Notes: generated by a model not told the origin, from the sequence alone. A stretch of 64,000 nucleotides of DNA from an uncultured SAR86 cluster bacterium (GCA_902535365.1 CACATF010000001.1:68077-132076), one strand, 5' to 3'. Counted from the stretch's first letter, positions 13,861 through 28,662 are shown. Made by a program: numbers and translations.

Positions 13861-15675
13861 ATGACATATATATTTGATTTAGTAGTAATAGGAGGTGGGC
13901 ATGCAGGTGTTGAAGCAACCTTGGTTGGAAAACGCTTTGGTTTAAATGTTGCCTTGATTACTTTAGACAAAGACAAATCAGGAAGAATGTCTTGCAATCC
14001 AGCAATTGGAGGGATTGGGAAAACGCACCTAGCTAAAGAGATTGATGCTTTGGGTGGATATATGGCAGAAGCAACAGATCTAGCGGGCATACAGTTCAAA
14101 ACACTCAACAAGAAAAAAGGGCCTGCTGTTCAGGCAACCAGAGCACAAACTGACAAAGAAATATACGAAAAAACAATACAAAAAAAACTGATAAAAGAAG
14201 GAATTACTGTAATAGAAGATGAGATTAAAGATTTTTTATTTGAAAAAGGCCAAGTCCTTTCAGCGGTTGGGGCTAAAGAAGAGTACAAAGCAAAAGCATA
14301 CGTGTTAACAACAGGCACCTTCTTAAATGGTTCGATCTTAATAGGCGATAACAAACAGGAAGGCGGCAGAATTGATGAAGACAAATCAGCAGGACTAGAA
14401 AAGTTTTTTACAAACCTAAACATCACCACTGGTAGGCTCAAAACAGGCACCCCTCCAAGACTTTCGAGCAAAACAATTAATTATGACAAGCTTGAAATTC
14501 AACCAGGAGATGAAAAAGAAACCTACATGTCGTATTTGGGGCAAAAAAACCAACACCCTAAACAAGTCTCATGCCACATCACAAAAACAAACCCAACAAC
14601 ACACAAAATCATTAAAAACAACATAAAAAGATCAGCCATGTATTCAGGCCTGATCAGTGGAGTTGGGCCCAGATATTGCCCATCAATAGAAGACAAAATA
14701 ACCAGGTTTTCTGGCAAAGAGAGCCACCAAATATTTGTAGAACCTGAAGGGCTTAACACAGATTGGGTATACCCGAATGGGATATCTACAAGCCTGCCAA
14801 AAGACACACAAGAAGAATACATAAGATCAATAGCAGGCTTTGAGCAGGCAAAAATTCACCAATACGGATACGCCGTGGAGTACGACTATATCGACCCAAG
14901 AAACCTAGACAAAACCCTGTTACTAAAAAACACAAAAAACCTCTTTTTGGCAGGGCAAATAAACGGCACCACAGGCTATGAAGAGGCGGGAGCACAAGGC
15001 ATTGTTGCAGGGATTAATGCAGCTCTTTTAATAAAACATGAAGACCCATGGATTCCTCAAAGACAAACAAGCTACTTAGGGGTGTTGGTAGATGATCTCA
15101 CCAGGTTTGGTGTTAGCGAGCCCTATAGAATGTTCACATCAAGAGCAGAGCACCGACTAATATTGCGCCAAGACAACGCTGACCAAAGAATGTTTGAGAC
15201 AGCGACTAAATACAACATTATATCTGAGGAAAGGAAAGAAATATTTTTAGAAAAAGAATCACAAAAGAAAAAAATAAAGAAAACACTAGACACTACCAAA
15301 ATAAAAATTGGTGACAAAACCAAAACAGCAACAGATCTTTGCAAAAGAAATGACTATAGCGAAAAAGATGTGGGCAAGATTGTGAAACTTTCAGGACAAA
15401 AGTTTCTCGAAACATATTACGACATAAGATATTCAGGATATGTTGTAAAACAGCAAAGAGAGCTTGAAAAAATGAAAAACTTAGAAGAGTTTGAGTTGGG
15501 GCTGATATTTGATTACAAAGAGGTGGTAGGTTTGTCTGGAGAACTTCAAGAAAAACTAAACAAAACCCAACCCAAAAACTTACACGAAGCATCATTGCTT
15601 GAAGGCATTACACCAGCAGCCCTTAATGTTTTAACAATCCATTTGAAAAAAATCGATGCAATTAGAGCTAACTAA
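13861..15675 (+). CDS. mnmG: tRNA uridine 5-carboxymethylaminomethyl modification enzyme MnmG (GidA)
   Basis: 604 aa with the FAD-binding start FDLVVIGGGHAGVEA and conserved GxNGTTGYEEAAAQG-like GQINGTTGYEEAGAQG. Confidence 0.95.
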   Translation: MTYIFDLVVIGGGHAGVEATLVGKRFGLNVALITLDKDKSGRMSCNPAIGGIGKTHLAKEIDALGGYMAEATDLAGIQFKTLNKKKGPAVQATRAQTDKEIYEKTIQKKLIKEGITVIEDEIKDFLFEKGQVLSAVGAKEEYKAKAYVLTTGTFLNGSILIGDNKQEGGRIDEDKSAGLEKFFTNLNITTGRLKTGTPPRLSSKTINYDKLEIQPGDEKETYMSYLGQKNQHPKQVSCHITKTNPTTHKIIKNNIKRSAMYSGLISGVGPRYCPSIEDKITRFSGKESHQIFVEPEGLNTDWVYPNGISTSLPKDTQEEYIRSIAGFEQAKIHQYGYAVEYDYIDPRNLDKTLLLKNTKNLFLAGQINGTTGYEEAGAQGIVAGINAALLIKHEDPWIPQRQTSYLGVLVDDLTRFGVSEPYRMFTSRAEHRLILRQDNADQRMFETATKYNIISEERKEIFLEKESQKKKIKKTLDTTKIKIGDKTKTATDLCKRNDYSEKDVGKIVKLSGQKFLETYYDIRYSGYVVKQQRELEKMKNLEEFELGLIFDYKEVVGLSGELQEKLNKTQPKNLHEASLLEGITPAALNVLTIHLKKIDAIRAN

Positions 15676-16243
15676 AACACAAGAAAAAAACCTTAAGGCG
15701 CTTGCAGAGCAAATAATCGACCGAAACACCCAACACAACCTTACCGGATATAAAAATATAGAGAAGCTATACAAAGAACAGATTATCGACTGTGTCAAAG
15801 CTCTTCATGCTTGCAAAACAGGCCTAGAAAAAACAGTAGTTGATTGCGGCTCGGGCGCAGGCCTTCCAGGGCTGGTGTGGGGCGTGATGGACAGCTCTTT
15901 AAGCATAGTGACCATTGACAGTAATCTTAAAAAAATTAATTTCCAGACAAAAGCAATAAAAAACCTACAACTAAACAATATAAAACCAATTCACACCAGA
16001 ACCGAAGATCATATAGAACAAAAGAAACACACCATCGTGACCAAAGCATTTAGCTCAGTTAAAAAAACAATAGAGGTCAACAAAAACAAAAAAAACAAAA
16101 AAAACCTAATGTTAATTAAAAAGGACAACGAAAAAACACATCAAGAGTTATTGGACGCAGCTCCTTTGATATATGATTACAAGAGACACACCTATTCCCA
16201 TAACAAAGAAAGTATGGTGGTCTTAGAAATTTATGACAGTTAA
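15656..16243 (+). CDS. rsmG: 16S rRNA (guanine527-N7)-methyltransferase RsmG (GidB)
   Basis: SAM-binding motif [10 protein letters not shown]. Located after mnmG. Contains a Lys/Asn-rich low-complexity insert. Confidence 0.85.
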   Translation: MQLELTKTQEKNLKALAEQIIDRNTQHNLTGYKNIEKLYKEQIIDCVKALHACKTGLEKTVVDCGSGAGLPGLVWGVMDSSLSIVTIDSNLKKINFQTKAIKNLQLNNIKPIHTRTEDHIEQKKHTIVTKAFSSVKKTIEVNKNKKNKKNLMLIKKDNEKTHQELLDAAPLIYDYKRHTYSHNKESMVVLEIYDS

Positions 16244-17015
16244 AATTGCCATTACAAACCAAAAAGGAGGTGTTGGAAAAACAACAACAGCAGTTAATCT
16301 TGCTGCCTCTCTCGCAAAAGCAAAAAGAAAAGTACTGCTTATTGATATAGATCCGCAAGGTAACGCAACATCTGCAGCTGGAGCCGACAAACACTCCGAA
16401 GCATCTTTGTACGAGTATTTCGAAAACAAAGACGACATTAAAGAATATATTCTAGAAGCCACAGGCGGCTATAAAATAATTCCATCAAACACGAACCTGG
16501 TCGCAACAGAAAAAATCATTGAAAAAACTCCAAATAGAGAGAAATTCTTCTCTAATAATTTAAAAAAAATTGAGAAAGGGTTTGATTACATAATTATTGA
16601 TTGTCCACCAGCCCTAAACCTGCTAACAATTAATGCCATGGAGTATTGTAAAAACGTAATGGTTCCTGTTCAGTGTGAGTATTACGCCCTGGAAGGGTTG
16701 GTGACCTTAAAACAAACAATCAAAGAGCTCAACCAAGCCCTTAAACTAAACATCAAAATAGTTGCCATACTCAGAACAATGGCTGATTGGCGAAACAGGC
16801 TTACTAGAGAGGTATCAGACCAACTTGAAACACACTTTAAAAAAGAAGTTTTAAATACAATTATTCCAAGAAACGTGAGGCTTGCCGAAGCACCAAGTTA
16901 TGGCCAATCTATAGTTGATTATGATATAAAGTCTATTGGAGCAGAAGCATTCCTAAGTCTCTCAGGTGAATTTATAAGGAAATTTGAAAATGCCAAAAAA
17001 AACATCTCTAAATAA
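16233..17015 (+). CDS. parA: Chromosome partitioning ATPase ParA (Soj)
   Basis: Deviant Walker [12 protein letters not shown]. 260 aa, followed by parB. Confidence 0.9.
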   Translation: MTVKIAITNQKGGVGKTTTAVNLAASLAKAKRKVLLIDIDPQGNATSAAGADKHSEASLYEYFENKDDIKEYILEATGGYKIIPSNTNLVATEKIIEKTPNREKFFSNNLKKIEKGFDYIIIDCPPALNLLTINAMEYCKNVMVPVQCEYYALEGLVTLKQTIKELNQALKLNIKIVAILRTMADWRNRLTREVSDQLETHFKKEVLNTIIPRNVRLAEAPSYGQSIVDYDIKSIGAEAFLSLSGEFIRKFENAKKNISK

Positions 17016-17865
17016 AGGCCTTCAAGCACTTTTGGGCGACGTTGCTTCTCCAAAAACAACAAAACCAAAACCAAAAACAACAGCAAAAAAACCAACAACT
17101 GAAGCAAAAGACAAAAACGAAATTGCCCTCACCCAAATTAAAACAAACCAATACCAGCCAAGGCTTTCGTTTGATGAGAAAAAGCTGCAAGAGCTTGCAG
17201 AGTCAATAAAAAAACACGGCGTGGTACAGCCTATATTGGTGAGGGAAGCCGATAAAGGATACGAGTTAATTGCTGGCGAAAGAAGAATGAGAGCATCTAA
17301 GCTCGCAGGCCTAAAAAAAATACCGGCAGTTATTGCAAAAGTTTCAAATACCCAGTCTCTTGAAATAGCAATTTTAGAAAACGTACAAAGAGAAGACCTA
17401 AACCCATTAGAAGTTTCAAAAGGCTATCAAAGACTGAAGAATGAGTTTGGTTACACCCAAGAACAGGTTGCAAAAAGCGTTGGAAAACCAAGAAGTTCCA
17501 TTGCCAACTCATTAAGGCTTCTTTCTCTATCACCAAAAGCACAAACCGAACTTGAAAAGGGAACAATTTCTGAGGGACATGCAAAAGTTCTTCTGGGAAC
17601 CGATCCAGCTAAAGCAGAAGCGCTGCTTGAAAGAATACTTGCTGAAAAGCTTTCTGTAAGGGATTTAGAAAAACTGTCCCAACCCACTAAAGCCACTTAT
17701 AATAAAACTCAAAAAACACGAGACGAGCTTAATTTAGAATCAGCGCTGAGCTCAAAACTAGGATCAAAAGTTACAATTGAAGACCAGAAAGGCAAAGGCA
17801 AAATGGTCATCAAATATTATTCTTATGATGAGTTGGATGGAATCATTGAGAAATTTTCCAACTAA
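16990..17865 (+). CDS. parB: Chromosome partitioning protein ParB (Spo0J)
   Basis: ParB-box [12 protein letters not shown] and HTH region [23 protein letters not shown] chose the ATG at 16990 (MPKK...) rather than the TTG at 16984. Confidence 0.9.
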   Translation: MPKKTSLNKGLQALLGDVASPKTTKPKPKTTAKKPTTEAKDKNEIALTQIKTNQYQPRLSFDEKKLQELAESIKKHGVVQPILVREADKGYELIAGERRMRASKLAGLKKIPAVIAKVSNTQSLEIAILENVQREDLNPLEVSKGYQRLKNEFGYTQEQVAKSVGKPRSSIANSLRLLSLSPKAQTELEKGTISEGHAKVLLGTDPAKAEALLERILAEKLSVRDLEKLSQPTKATYNKTQKTRDELNLESALSSKLGSKVTIEDQKGKGKMVIKYYSYDELDGIIEKFSN

Positions 17866-17883
17866 GACTACAAAGACAGCTAA

Positions 17884-18906
<1,023 letters not shown>

Positions 18907-18919
18907 GGAGGTTGTGAAT

Positions 18920-19150
18920 ATGGAAGTAGAAGCTGCAAAATTTATCGGAGCAGGATTAATGTTTGGTCTGGCTGCAATTGGTGCTGGAGTGGGTGCTGGA
19001 GTACTCAGTTCAAAACTTATTGAATCAATTGCTAGACAACCAGAACTTGAAGATCAACTTAGACCTACATACTTTTTGGGTATTGGTCTTGTCGACGCGG
19101 TACCAATGATTTCAGTTGGTTTAGCGTTCTATGTATTGTTTGTCGCGTAA
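18920..19150 (+). CDS. atpE: F0F1 ATP synthase subunit c
   Basis: Hairpin proteolipid with ARQPE and the carboxylate in GLVDAVPMI. GGAGG lies 8 nt upstream of the ATG at 18920; the track starts at the GTG at 18914. Confidence 0.9.
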   Translation: MEVEAAKFIGAGLMFGLAAIGAGVGAGVLSSKLIESIARQPELEDQLRPTYFLGIGLVDAVPMISVGLAFYVLFVA

Positions 19151-19153
19151 CTA

Positions 19154-19630
19154 ATGAATTTAAACGCTACTTTACTTGGACAAATGATAGCTTTCGGGCT
19201 ATTTGTTTGGTTTTGTTGGAAGTTTGTATGGCCACCCCTTTTGGCTGCTATGGAAGAAAGAGCACAAAAAATTGAACAGGGCCTAAAAGACTCTGAAGAG
19301 AGTGCAAAAAAAATTCTAGAAGCTGAAGAAGAAAGTAAAAAAATGCTTACCAAGGCTAAAAACGAAGCAAAGAAAATAATGGATAACGCAAAAAGCCAGT
19401 CTGAAAAAATGGTTGAAGAGGCAAAAACCAAAGCCAGCGATGAAAAAGAAAGAATTGTTGGTTCTGCACAATCTGAGATTGAAAAAGAGGTTGTTAATGC
19501 CAAGAAAAACCTAGAAAAAGACTTCGCTACAAGCGTTATGGCAGCAGTTAAGAAAATCGTTGCTAAAGAAGTGTCTCTTAGCAATCACCAAGATACAGTC
19601 GATAAAAGTTTGGACGATTTTAGGAAATGA
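19154..19630 (+). CDS. atpF: F0F1 ATP synthase subunit b
   Basis: 158 aa with one N-terminal TM and a long charged helix. Operon position supports the call. Confidence 0.9.
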   Translation: MNLNATLLGQMIAFGLFVWFCWKFVWPPLLAAMEERAQKIEQGLKDSEESAKKILEAEEESKKMLTKAKNEAKKIMDNAKSQSEKMVEEAKTKASDEKERIVGSAQSEIEKEVVNAKKNLEKDFATSVMAAVKKIVAKEVSLSNHQDTVDKSLDDFRK

Positions 19631-20145
19631 ATAAATTGCTTGAGGTTTACTCTAAAGGTTTGTTTAACTCACTAACAAATGAGCAAGTTGGTGATATTGT
19701 ACAGTTATTTCAAAACATAACTCTTTCAGATCCAAAAAAGGAATTGGGAGAGATGTTTAAAAATAGAACAATAAAAAAAGATGACAAAATTGCCGCAGCA
19801 TTAGAGCTTGTTGGTGATGACGCGAACTTACAAGCATTTATAAAAACACTTGCAACCAATGGCAGGCTAGACCTTATCCCAGAGGTTTTTGGGTTTTTTG
19901 TAGACTATGCCTCAAGAAGACAAAACAATGTGCCAGTGAAAGTAACAGTAAATGAAGAACCATCTGAAGATGTAAAACAAAGGGTGTCATCCTTTGTGGC
20001 AGCAAACATAAGTGGTTCTACACCAATCAAGTATGAAATAAACAAATCCATGATGGGTGGGGTTGTTTTGAAGTACAAAGATAATGAAATAGACCTAAGT
20101 GTCGATAACAAATTAAACGGATTGAATTCAGTTTTAATAAATTAA
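19627..20145 (+). CDS. atpH: F0F1 ATP synthase subunit delta
   Basis: 172 aa, OSCP-like, between atpF and atpA. ATGA overlap with atpF. Confidence 0.85.
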   Translation: MNKLLEVYSKGLFNSLTNEQVGDIVQLFQNITLSDPKKELGEMFKNRTIKKDDKIAAALELVGDDANLQAFIKTLATNGRLDLIPEVFGFFVDYASRRQNNVPVKVTVNEEPSEDVKQRVSSFVAANISGSTPIKYEINKSMMGGVVLKYKDNEIDLSVDNKLNGLNSVLIN

Positions 20146-20155
20146 AGGAGAAAAA

Positions 20156-21703
20156 ATGACAACAAAAATTAACCCTTCAGAAATATCCAGCATCGTAAAG
20201 AAAAAAATTGATGGATATAAAGGAGCTGCTACAGAAGCAAATGTGGGAGAAGTTCTCTCAACTGCTGATGGTATCGTGCAGATTTATGGGCTAGAAGACG
20301 CAATGTACGGTGAGCTTCTTGATTTTGGCGAAGGCACTTTAGGCATGGCGCTTAATCTTGAGACCGACTCAGTTGGAGCTGTGGTTCTTGGGGATGCTGC
20401 ACATATCAAAGAAGGCCAGAAAGTCAAAACAACAGGAAGAATTCTTGAAGTTCCTGTTGGTGAAGGTTTGAAGGGTCGAGTAATTGATGCTTTGGGTAGA
20501 CCTATTGATGGCAAGGGTGAGGTAGCAGCTGAGATGAATTCTCCAATTGAGGTTGTTGCTCCTGGTGTTATTGATAGACAATCAGTTGATCAGCCAGTTC
20601 AAACTGGTATCAAATCAATTGACGTTATGGTGCCTATTGGTAGAGGTCAAAGAGAGCTGATTATTGGAGACCGCCAAACAGGTAAAACCGCTATTGCAGT
20701 CGATGCAATTATCAGACAGAAAGATTCAGGTATAACTTGTGTTTATGTGGCAATTGGTCAAAAACAATCTACTGTTGCTACTGTTGTTAGACAGCTTGAA
20801 GAAGCTGATGCTTTAAAGAACACAATTGTTGTTTCAGCAAGTGCCGCTGAAAGCGCGTCACTACAATTTATTGCACCATATTCTGGTTGCACAATGGGCG
20901 AGTATTTTAGAGATAGAGGCGAAGATGCTCTAATCATCTATGATGATCTCTCTAAACATGCTGTGGCTTATAGACAAATTTCATTACTTCTAAAAAGGCC
21001 TCCAGGACGAGAAGCTTTTCCAGGAGATATTTTCTATCTGCACTCAAGATTGCTTGAGCGAGCAGCTAGGGTCAACCCTGATTATGTTGAAAGGTTTACA
21101 AATGGCAAGGTTAAAGGCAAAACAGGTTCACTTACAGCCCTACCCATAATTGAAACCCAGGCAAGTGATGTTTCTGCCTTCATTCCAACAAATGTTATTT
21201 CAATTACAGATGGTCAAATCTTCCTTGAAACTGATTTGTTCAACTCAGGCATTAGACCAGCTATTAACGTAGGTATTTCGGTATCAAGGGTTGGTGGTGC
21301 AGCTCAGACCAAAATAATTAAAAAACTTGGCGGTGGTGTTAAGTTAGCACTAGCCCAGTTTAGAGAGCTTGAGTCATTCTCACAATTTGCCTCTGATCTT
21401 GATGATGCAACAAAAGAGCAGCTAGAAAATGGTCAGCGCATTACAGAGCTATTTAAACAGACACAATTCTCACCAAGATCTGTTGCTTGTATTTCAATTG
21501 TTCTCTATGCCATTGAAAACAAGTACTTATCAAATATTGAGAAAGAAAAAATGCAGTCATTTGAAGAAAACTTAAGAACCCACCTAAAATCCAATTACGG
21601 AGATGTTTGGGAAGAAGTAAACAAAACAGGCGACTGGAATGATGATCTTGATAAAAAATACAAAGAAATATTAGACACATTCATGAAGGAAGGTTCTTGG
21701 TAG
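20156..21703 (+). CDS. atpA: F0F1 ATP synthase subunit alpha
   Basis: P-loop GDRQTGKT, 515 aa, strongly conserved throughout. Confidence 0.97.
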   Translation: MTTKINPSEISSIVKKKIDGYKGAATEANVGEVLSTADGIVQIYGLEDAMYGELLDFGEGTLGMALNLETDSVGAVVLGDAAHIKEGQKVKTTGRILEVPVGEGLKGRVIDALGRPIDGKGEVAAEMNSPIEVVAPGVIDRQSVDQPVQTGIKSIDVMVPIGRGQRELIIGDRQTGKTAIAVDAIIRQKDSGITCVYVAIGQKQSTVATVVRQLEEADALKNTIVVSASAAESASLQFIAPYSGCTMGEYFRDRGEDALIIYDDLSKHAVAYRQISLLLKRPPGREAFPGDIFYLHSRLLERAARVNPDYVERFTNGKVKGKTGSLTALPIIETQASDVSAFIPTNVISITDGQIFLETDLFNSGIRPAINVGISVSRVGGAAQTKIIKKLGGGVKLALAQFRELESFSQFASDLDDATKEQLENGQRITELFKQTQFSPRSVACISIVLYAIENKYLSNIEKEKMQSFEENLRTHLKSNYGDVWEEVNKTGDWNDDLDKKYKEILDTFMKEGSW

Positions 21704-24382
<2,679 letters not shown>

Positions 24383-24416
24383 TTTCAGTCCAAGAAAAAA
24401 ACATTAAAATCTCTTA

Positions 24417-25775
24417 ATGGGATTAAGTATCGTAATTCTTGCTGCAGGTGAAGGCAGAAGAATGAAAACAGATAAACCAAAACCTTTGGTCAATTTAGCT
24501 GACCTCCCGCTTGTGCAATACCCGCTAAATACAGCAAAAGCGCTTAAACCAGAACGAATAGTGTTAGTAACGGGCTATAAAAAGGATGAAGTAAAAAAAT
24601 ATGTGCTTGAAAATAATGCAGGTGATTTTATTTTTTGTGAACAAAAAGAGAGGCTTGGCACCGGGCACGCTGTTAAACAAGCAGCGCCCTACTTGCCTGA
24701 CACAGGGAAAACCTTGGTTTTATATGCGGACGTTCCTTTAATTTCTACTGCAAGCCTGAATAAGCTTATTAAATCTGCACAACGCAAGAAGATCTCAATT
24801 CTTACTTCAAAAATCACAAAACCAAAAGGCTATGGGAGGATTATCAGAGACGAAAAAATGAACCCAACAAATATCAGAGAGGAAGCTGATGCATCAACAC
24901 AGGAAAAAACAATCAATGAAATTTTTACAGGCATCATGATTGCTGACAATGAGTTTTTAAAGAATGGTTTAAAAGGGTTAGTGAGAAATAATAAAGCAGG
25001 AGAGTACTATCTTACTGATTTGGTGGAGTACGCTAGTAAACGTAAGCTTCCAATTGGCTCAACAGAAGCAAAAGAGCTTGAGGTATTTGGGGCTAATAAT
25101 AAAAAAGAACTTGAAGGCCTTTACAACGCTATGGTTGCATTGAATATAGATGCAGCTAAGAAAAAAGGAACATTCTTTAAAGACACATCCACTTGTTATG
25201 TGGAGGGTGTTTTAAAAGTTGGCAAGGATGTATCGATCGGCAACAATGTCACAATTAAAGGCAATGTAGTTCTTGGTAACGATGTCTCAATAGGTTCAAA
25301 TGTAGTTCTCTCAAACACAAAGATTGGATCCAACTCGACTATTAAAGAATTTTGTTCAATTGAAGACTCGAAAATTGCTGAAAATGTGGAGGTTGGACCA
25401 TTTGCTAGGCTAAGAAATGGTGCAGTGCTTGATAGTTCAGCAAAAATTGGAAATTTCGTAGAAGTGAAAAAGTCCCGCATTGGACAAAACACCAAAGCCA
25501 ACCATCATGCTTACATTGGAGACGCCGATATAGGTAAGAAAAGCAATATTGGGGCAGGCACTATTACTTGTAACTATGATGGTGAAAACAAACATAAAAC
25601 TAAAATTGGTGACTCAGTTTTCATTGGCTCCAATTCATCATTAGTTGCACCGCTTAAAGTAGGCAAGAAGTCATATGTGGCTGCTGGCTCGGTTGTTACA
25701 TCAGATGTACCAGCTGGATCTTTAGCTTTTGGGCGAGCAAAGCAAAAAAATAAATCTAACTGGAAGAAAAAATAA
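24417..25775 (+). CDS. glmU: Bifunctional UDP-N-acetylglucosamine pyrophosphorylase / GlcN-1-P N-acetyltransferase
   Basis: N-terminal LAAGEGRRM nucleotidyltransferase fold and C-terminal hexapeptide-repeat beta-helix. Located before glmS. Confidence 0.93.
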   Translation: MGLSIVILAAGEGRRMKTDKPKPLVNLADLPLVQYPLNTAKALKPERIVLVTGYKKDEVKKYVLENNAGDFIFCEQKERLGTGHAVKQAAPYLPDTGKTLVLYADVPLISTASLNKLIKSAQRKKISILTSKITKPKGYGRIIRDEKMNPTNIREEADASTQEKTINEIFTGIMIADNEFLKNGLKGLVRNNKAGEYYLTDLVEYASKRKLPIGSTEAKELEVFGANNKKELEGLYNAMVALNIDAAKKKGTFFKDTSTCYVEGVLKVGKDVSIGNNVTIKGNVVLGNDVSIGSNVVLSNTKIGSNSTIKEFCSIEDSKIAENVEVGPFARLRNGAVLDSSAKIGNFVEVKKSRIGQNTKANHHAYIGDADIGKKSNIGAGTITCNYDGENKHKTKIGDSVFIGSNSSLVAPLKVGKKSYVAAGSVVTSDVPAGSLAFGRAKQKNKSNWKKK

Positions 25776-27598
25776 TGTGCGGCATAGTTGGCGGCGTTAC
25801 AGAAAGAAACATAGTGCCTATTCTTATAGAAGGGCTCCATAGGCTTGAGTATCGTGGTTATGATTCTGCAGGCATAGCATACAGGACAGAAGAAAATGTT
25901 TCATTGGTTAAAAGTCTTGGCAGAGTTCATGACCTAGAAAAGAAACTCGACAAAAAAGCTACAAGCAATATTGGAATTGCTCACACCAGATGGGCGACTC
26001 ATGGCATTCCATCAGAAAAAAATGCGCACCCACATGCATCAAACAAAAATATTTATGTTGCGCACAACGGCATAATTGAAAACCATGAAGATTTAAAATC
26101 TGAACTGAAAAGCGAGGGTTTTAAACTTTACTCACAAACTGACTCAGAAGTAATAGGCCACCTTATAGAGTTTTATAAACAACGTGGCATGGATTTTGAT
26201 TCTAGCGTTATGAAAGCAATCTCTAGATTAAAAGGAGCCTTTGCTCTTGCTGTTATGGACAAGAATGATCCAGAAACACTTATTGGTGTTCGTCAAAGCA
26301 GCCCTTTGGTTGTAGGTGAGGGTTTTGATGAGAGCTTTCTTGCGTCAGACATTATGGCACTATCACCAGTCACCAATAAGTTTAAATTTTTAGAAGATGG
26401 CCAAGTGGTCTTTTTAAGCAAAGACAAAGTTAGTATATGCAGCAAGGACGGCAGAGCAGCAAAAGTACCAACCAAAGAGGTAGATTCAACTGCGTACACT
26501 AATGATCTTAGTGGGTATAACCACTTCATGGAAAAAGAAATATTTGAACAACCAGAATCTGTACAAAGTGCTTTAGAAGGAAGGATCACAAACAAAGGCA
26601 CAAGAGAGGGAATTTTTGGTGCAGGTTTCGAAAAGAAATTAAAAAATATTGAGAATATTCAGATAGTGGCTTGTGGCACTAGTTATCACGCCGGCAGAAT
26701 CTTTGAATATTGGTCCCATAAATTTTTAGGCATCAATTGTCGAGTTGATTATGGTAGTGAGTATCAGTACCAAGAGCCCGTAAAGACTAAAAAAACATTA
26801 TTGATGACTATTTCACAATCAGGCGAGACTGCAGACACCTTAGCCTCGTTAAAGTTTGCTAAAAAAACCGATGATCCTTTAACACTTACTATCTGTAATG
26901 TCGCAAACAGTTCACTTTGCCGAGAGTCTGAGTACACACTTTTAACTAATGCAGGTCCTGAAATAGGTGTTGCCTCAACCAAAGCATTTGTGACACAGCT
27001 TGCTTGCTTAAACTTATTGCTGCTTACATTGATGCAAGTCAAAGGAGCAAAACCTGGGACAATAAAAAATATTGCCTCCTCATTAATTGAGCTTCCTGAT
27101 CAATTAGCCAAAACTCTTAAAATGACCGACACCTATAAAGCAGCCGCCAAATTATTGTTTAAAAGACACAGCACATTGTTCTTGGGCAGGGGTCTTTATT
27201 TTCCAATTGCTCGAGAAGGTGCACTGAAACTTAAAGAAATTTCTTATATTCATGCTGAGGCCTATCCGGGAGGTGAGCTTAAGCATGGTCCATTGGCAAT
27301 GATCGATAAAAATATGCCAGTGATCGCCCTTGTGCCTGACAATGAACATCTTGATAAGATCACATCGAACATTGAAGAAGTGGCAGCAAGAAAAGGGAAA
27401 GTCATCACGATTGGCCCTTTAAAGAAAACAACTCTTAATAAAGATGGTGGGCATATAAAGATCCCAAAAACACTCGATTTGTTGAATCCAATTATTTGTG
27501 TGGTGCCGCTGCAGTTAATTTCTTATTACACAGCCTTGCTCAAAGGCACCGATGTGGACAAACCTCGCAACCTGGCGAAAAGTGTGACCGTCGAATAA
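25775..27598 (+). CDS. glmS: Glutamine--fructose-6-phosphate aminotransferase
   Basis: Ntn start MCGIVG, two SIS domains and a C-terminal KSVTVE. 607 aa. Confidence 0.96.
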   Translation: MCGIVGGVTERNIVPILIEGLHRLEYRGYDSAGIAYRTEENVSLVKSLGRVHDLEKKLDKKATSNIGIAHTRWATHGIPSEKNAHPHASNKNIYVAHNGIIENHEDLKSELKSEGFKLYSQTDSEVIGHLIEFYKQRGMDFDSSVMKAISRLKGAFALAVMDKNDPETLIGVRQSSPLVVGEGFDESFLASDIMALSPVTNKFKFLEDGQVVFLSKDKVSICSKDGRAAKVPTKEVDSTAYTNDLSGYNHFMEKEIFEQPESVQSALEGRITNKGTREGIFGAGFEKKLKNIENIQIVACGTSYHAGRIFEYWSHKFLGINCRVDYGSEYQYQEPVKTKKTLLMTISQSGETADTLASLKFAKKTDDPLTLTICNVANSSLCRESEYTLLTNAGPEIGVASTKAFVTQLACLNLLLLTLMQVKGAKPGTIKNIASSLIELPDQLAKTLKMTDTYKAAAKLLFKRHSTLFLGRGLYFPIAREGALKLKEISYIHAEAYPGGELKHGPLAMIDKNMPVIALVPDNEHLDKITSNIEEVAARKGKVITIGPLKKTTLNKDGGHIKIPKTLDLLNPIICVVPLQLISYYTALLKGTDVDKPRNLAKSVTVE

Positions 27599-27681
27599 AA
27601 AATAAAACCTATTTTTACAACCACCACAAAAAGTTCCTTAAATTATGTATTATAAAAAGACGCTTAAATATAAGGAGTCAT

Positions 27682-28077
27682 ATGAATATAGTTGAAGCAG
27701 TTGTATCTGTTTTTAAAAATTGGAATAACTTCAGTGGCAGAGCATGCAGAAGTGAATTTTGGTACTTTTGTCTTGCACTGGGTTTGGCATCAAATGCAAT
27801 TGTATTTTTCGAAATCTATACTGGCATGGTCACAACAAACCACATGTTCGATGTCGTTCCAATTCAGGATATGGGTATTTTAAGTTTAATTTTTTTTATT
27901 TTAACTTTCATACCATCCATTTCAGTTACCTCAAGGCGACTTCAGGACAGAGGAGTTTCCGGTTGGTGGCAATTATCCTATATAACTATTATCGGAATTC
28001 TTGTTTTAACAATAATTTGCATATTTCCAGGCAAAAAAGATGAAAATAAATGGGGAAAAAACCCTCTACAAAAATAA
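27682..28077 (+). CDS. DUF805 (YhaH/YhaI-like) inner membrane protein
   Basis: Family-typical GRACRSEFW and SRRLQDRGVSGWW motifs and a C-terminal KWGKNP. AGGAG lies 5 nt before the ATG at 27682. The longer track ORF (27496) reads through the glmS 3' end. Confidence 0.75.
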   Translation: MNIVEAVVSVFKNWNNFSGRACRSEFWYFCLALGLASNAIVFFEIYTGMVTTNHMFDVVPIQDMGILSLIFFILTFIPSISVTSRRLQDRGVSGWWQLSYITIIGILVLTIICIFPGKKDENKWGKNPLQK

Positions 28078-28107
28078 GTTTTATAGGAAATTTGAAGAAA
28101 ACTTATA

Positions 28108-28155
28108 AAATTAAATGATTAATCTTGCTACGGACACTCTGTTACTGTCGAATAA
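28108..28155 (+). repeat. 48-nt intergenic repeat, copy A
   Basis: aaattaaatgattaatcttgctacggacactctgttactgtcgaataa. 41/48 identical to copy B by manual alignment. Ends 3 nt before the ATG at 28159. Confidence 0.7.
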
Positions 28156-28158
28156 ACA

Positions 28159-28383
28159 ATGATAGAAGCAATAAAAAAATTTATTAAAAATGATTATTTG
28201 GTGTCTCGGTCATTCCCTTGGACAGTGAACTTAACTACCTTCTTTTTTTTATTTTTAGTTTTTATAGTTCCACTTTTTTTTCAAGACCAAACAACAAAAC
28301 AAACACTACCATGGGTGTTTTTAATAATATGGGGAACATATTATTTTTTCTTAAGGAAAAAACTTTTAAGCAAAATTAAATGA
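28159..28383 (+). CDS. Hypothetical small membrane protein (74 aa, about 2 TM)
   Basis: ATG-initiated ORF with two hydrophobic spans and a basic tail. No family recognised. Confidence 0.45.
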   Translation: MIEAIKKFIKNDYLVSRSFPWTVNLTTFFFLFLVFIVPLFFQDQTTKQTLPWVFLIIWGTYYFFLRKKLLSKIK

Positions 28384-28420
28384 TCAATGTTGCTACTGAT
28401 ACTCGGTTACAGTTGAATAA
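28373..28420 (+). repeat. 48-nt intergenic repeat, copy B
   Basis: aaattaaatgatcaatgttgctactgatactcggttacagttgaataa. Overlaps the last codons of the 74-aa ORF and precedes the next small ORF. Confidence 0.7.
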
Positions 28421-28431
28421 CTACAGTTATC

Positions 28432-28647
28432 TTGGTTGAGCAATTTTCTTTAATTAGTTACTCTAATTTATTAATGACTATTAATATTTACAAACTTAGA
28501 GAAACCATAGGGGTGCTTTCTGCATTTATAGTTTTTTTTATTTTAAAAAGTATTGGGACTTCTGAGTTTTTAGCATTTCCACTTTGTATGCTAATAGGTT
28601 GGAGAGTTGCTTCTTATTTCAAAAACAATGAAAAAGAGCTGGGTTAA
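28432..28647 (+). CDS. Hypothetical small membrane protein (71 aa from TTG; 57 aa if ATG 28474)
   Basis: ORF with two hydrophobic spans. The start is uncertain. Confidence 0.35.
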   Translation: MVEQFSLISYSNLLMTINIYKLRETIGVLSAFIVFFILKSIGTSEFLAFPLCMLIGWRVASYFKNNEKELG

Positions 28648-28662
28648 TTCTTTGCCTTTGTT

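Noticed and set aside
16081-17100. A-rich low-complexity runs (caaaaacaaaaaaaacaaaaaaaacc in rsmG; aaaaccaaaaccaaaaacaacagcaaaaaaacc in parB), considered as repeats or slippage tracts.
   Set aside because: They are in frame and encode Lys/Asn/Thr/Pro-rich linkers within otherwise intact genes. They show no spacer-repeat organisation and no frameshift.
27496-27681. N-terminal extension of the DUF805 ORF (track start 27496) overlapping the glmS 3' end.
   Set aside because: The extension reads through the glmS coding sequence in another frame. A good AGGAG plus ATG occurs at 27682, where the DUF805 homology begins.
27599-27681. Possible Tn7-like insertion at the glmS attachment site. The segment acaaaaagttccttaaat vaguely resembles a TnsB-binding repeat.
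   Set aside because: There is only one weak, gapped match, no terminal TGTGG-type end in the right orientation, no repeated end sites and no tnsABCDE or other transposase genes in the window.
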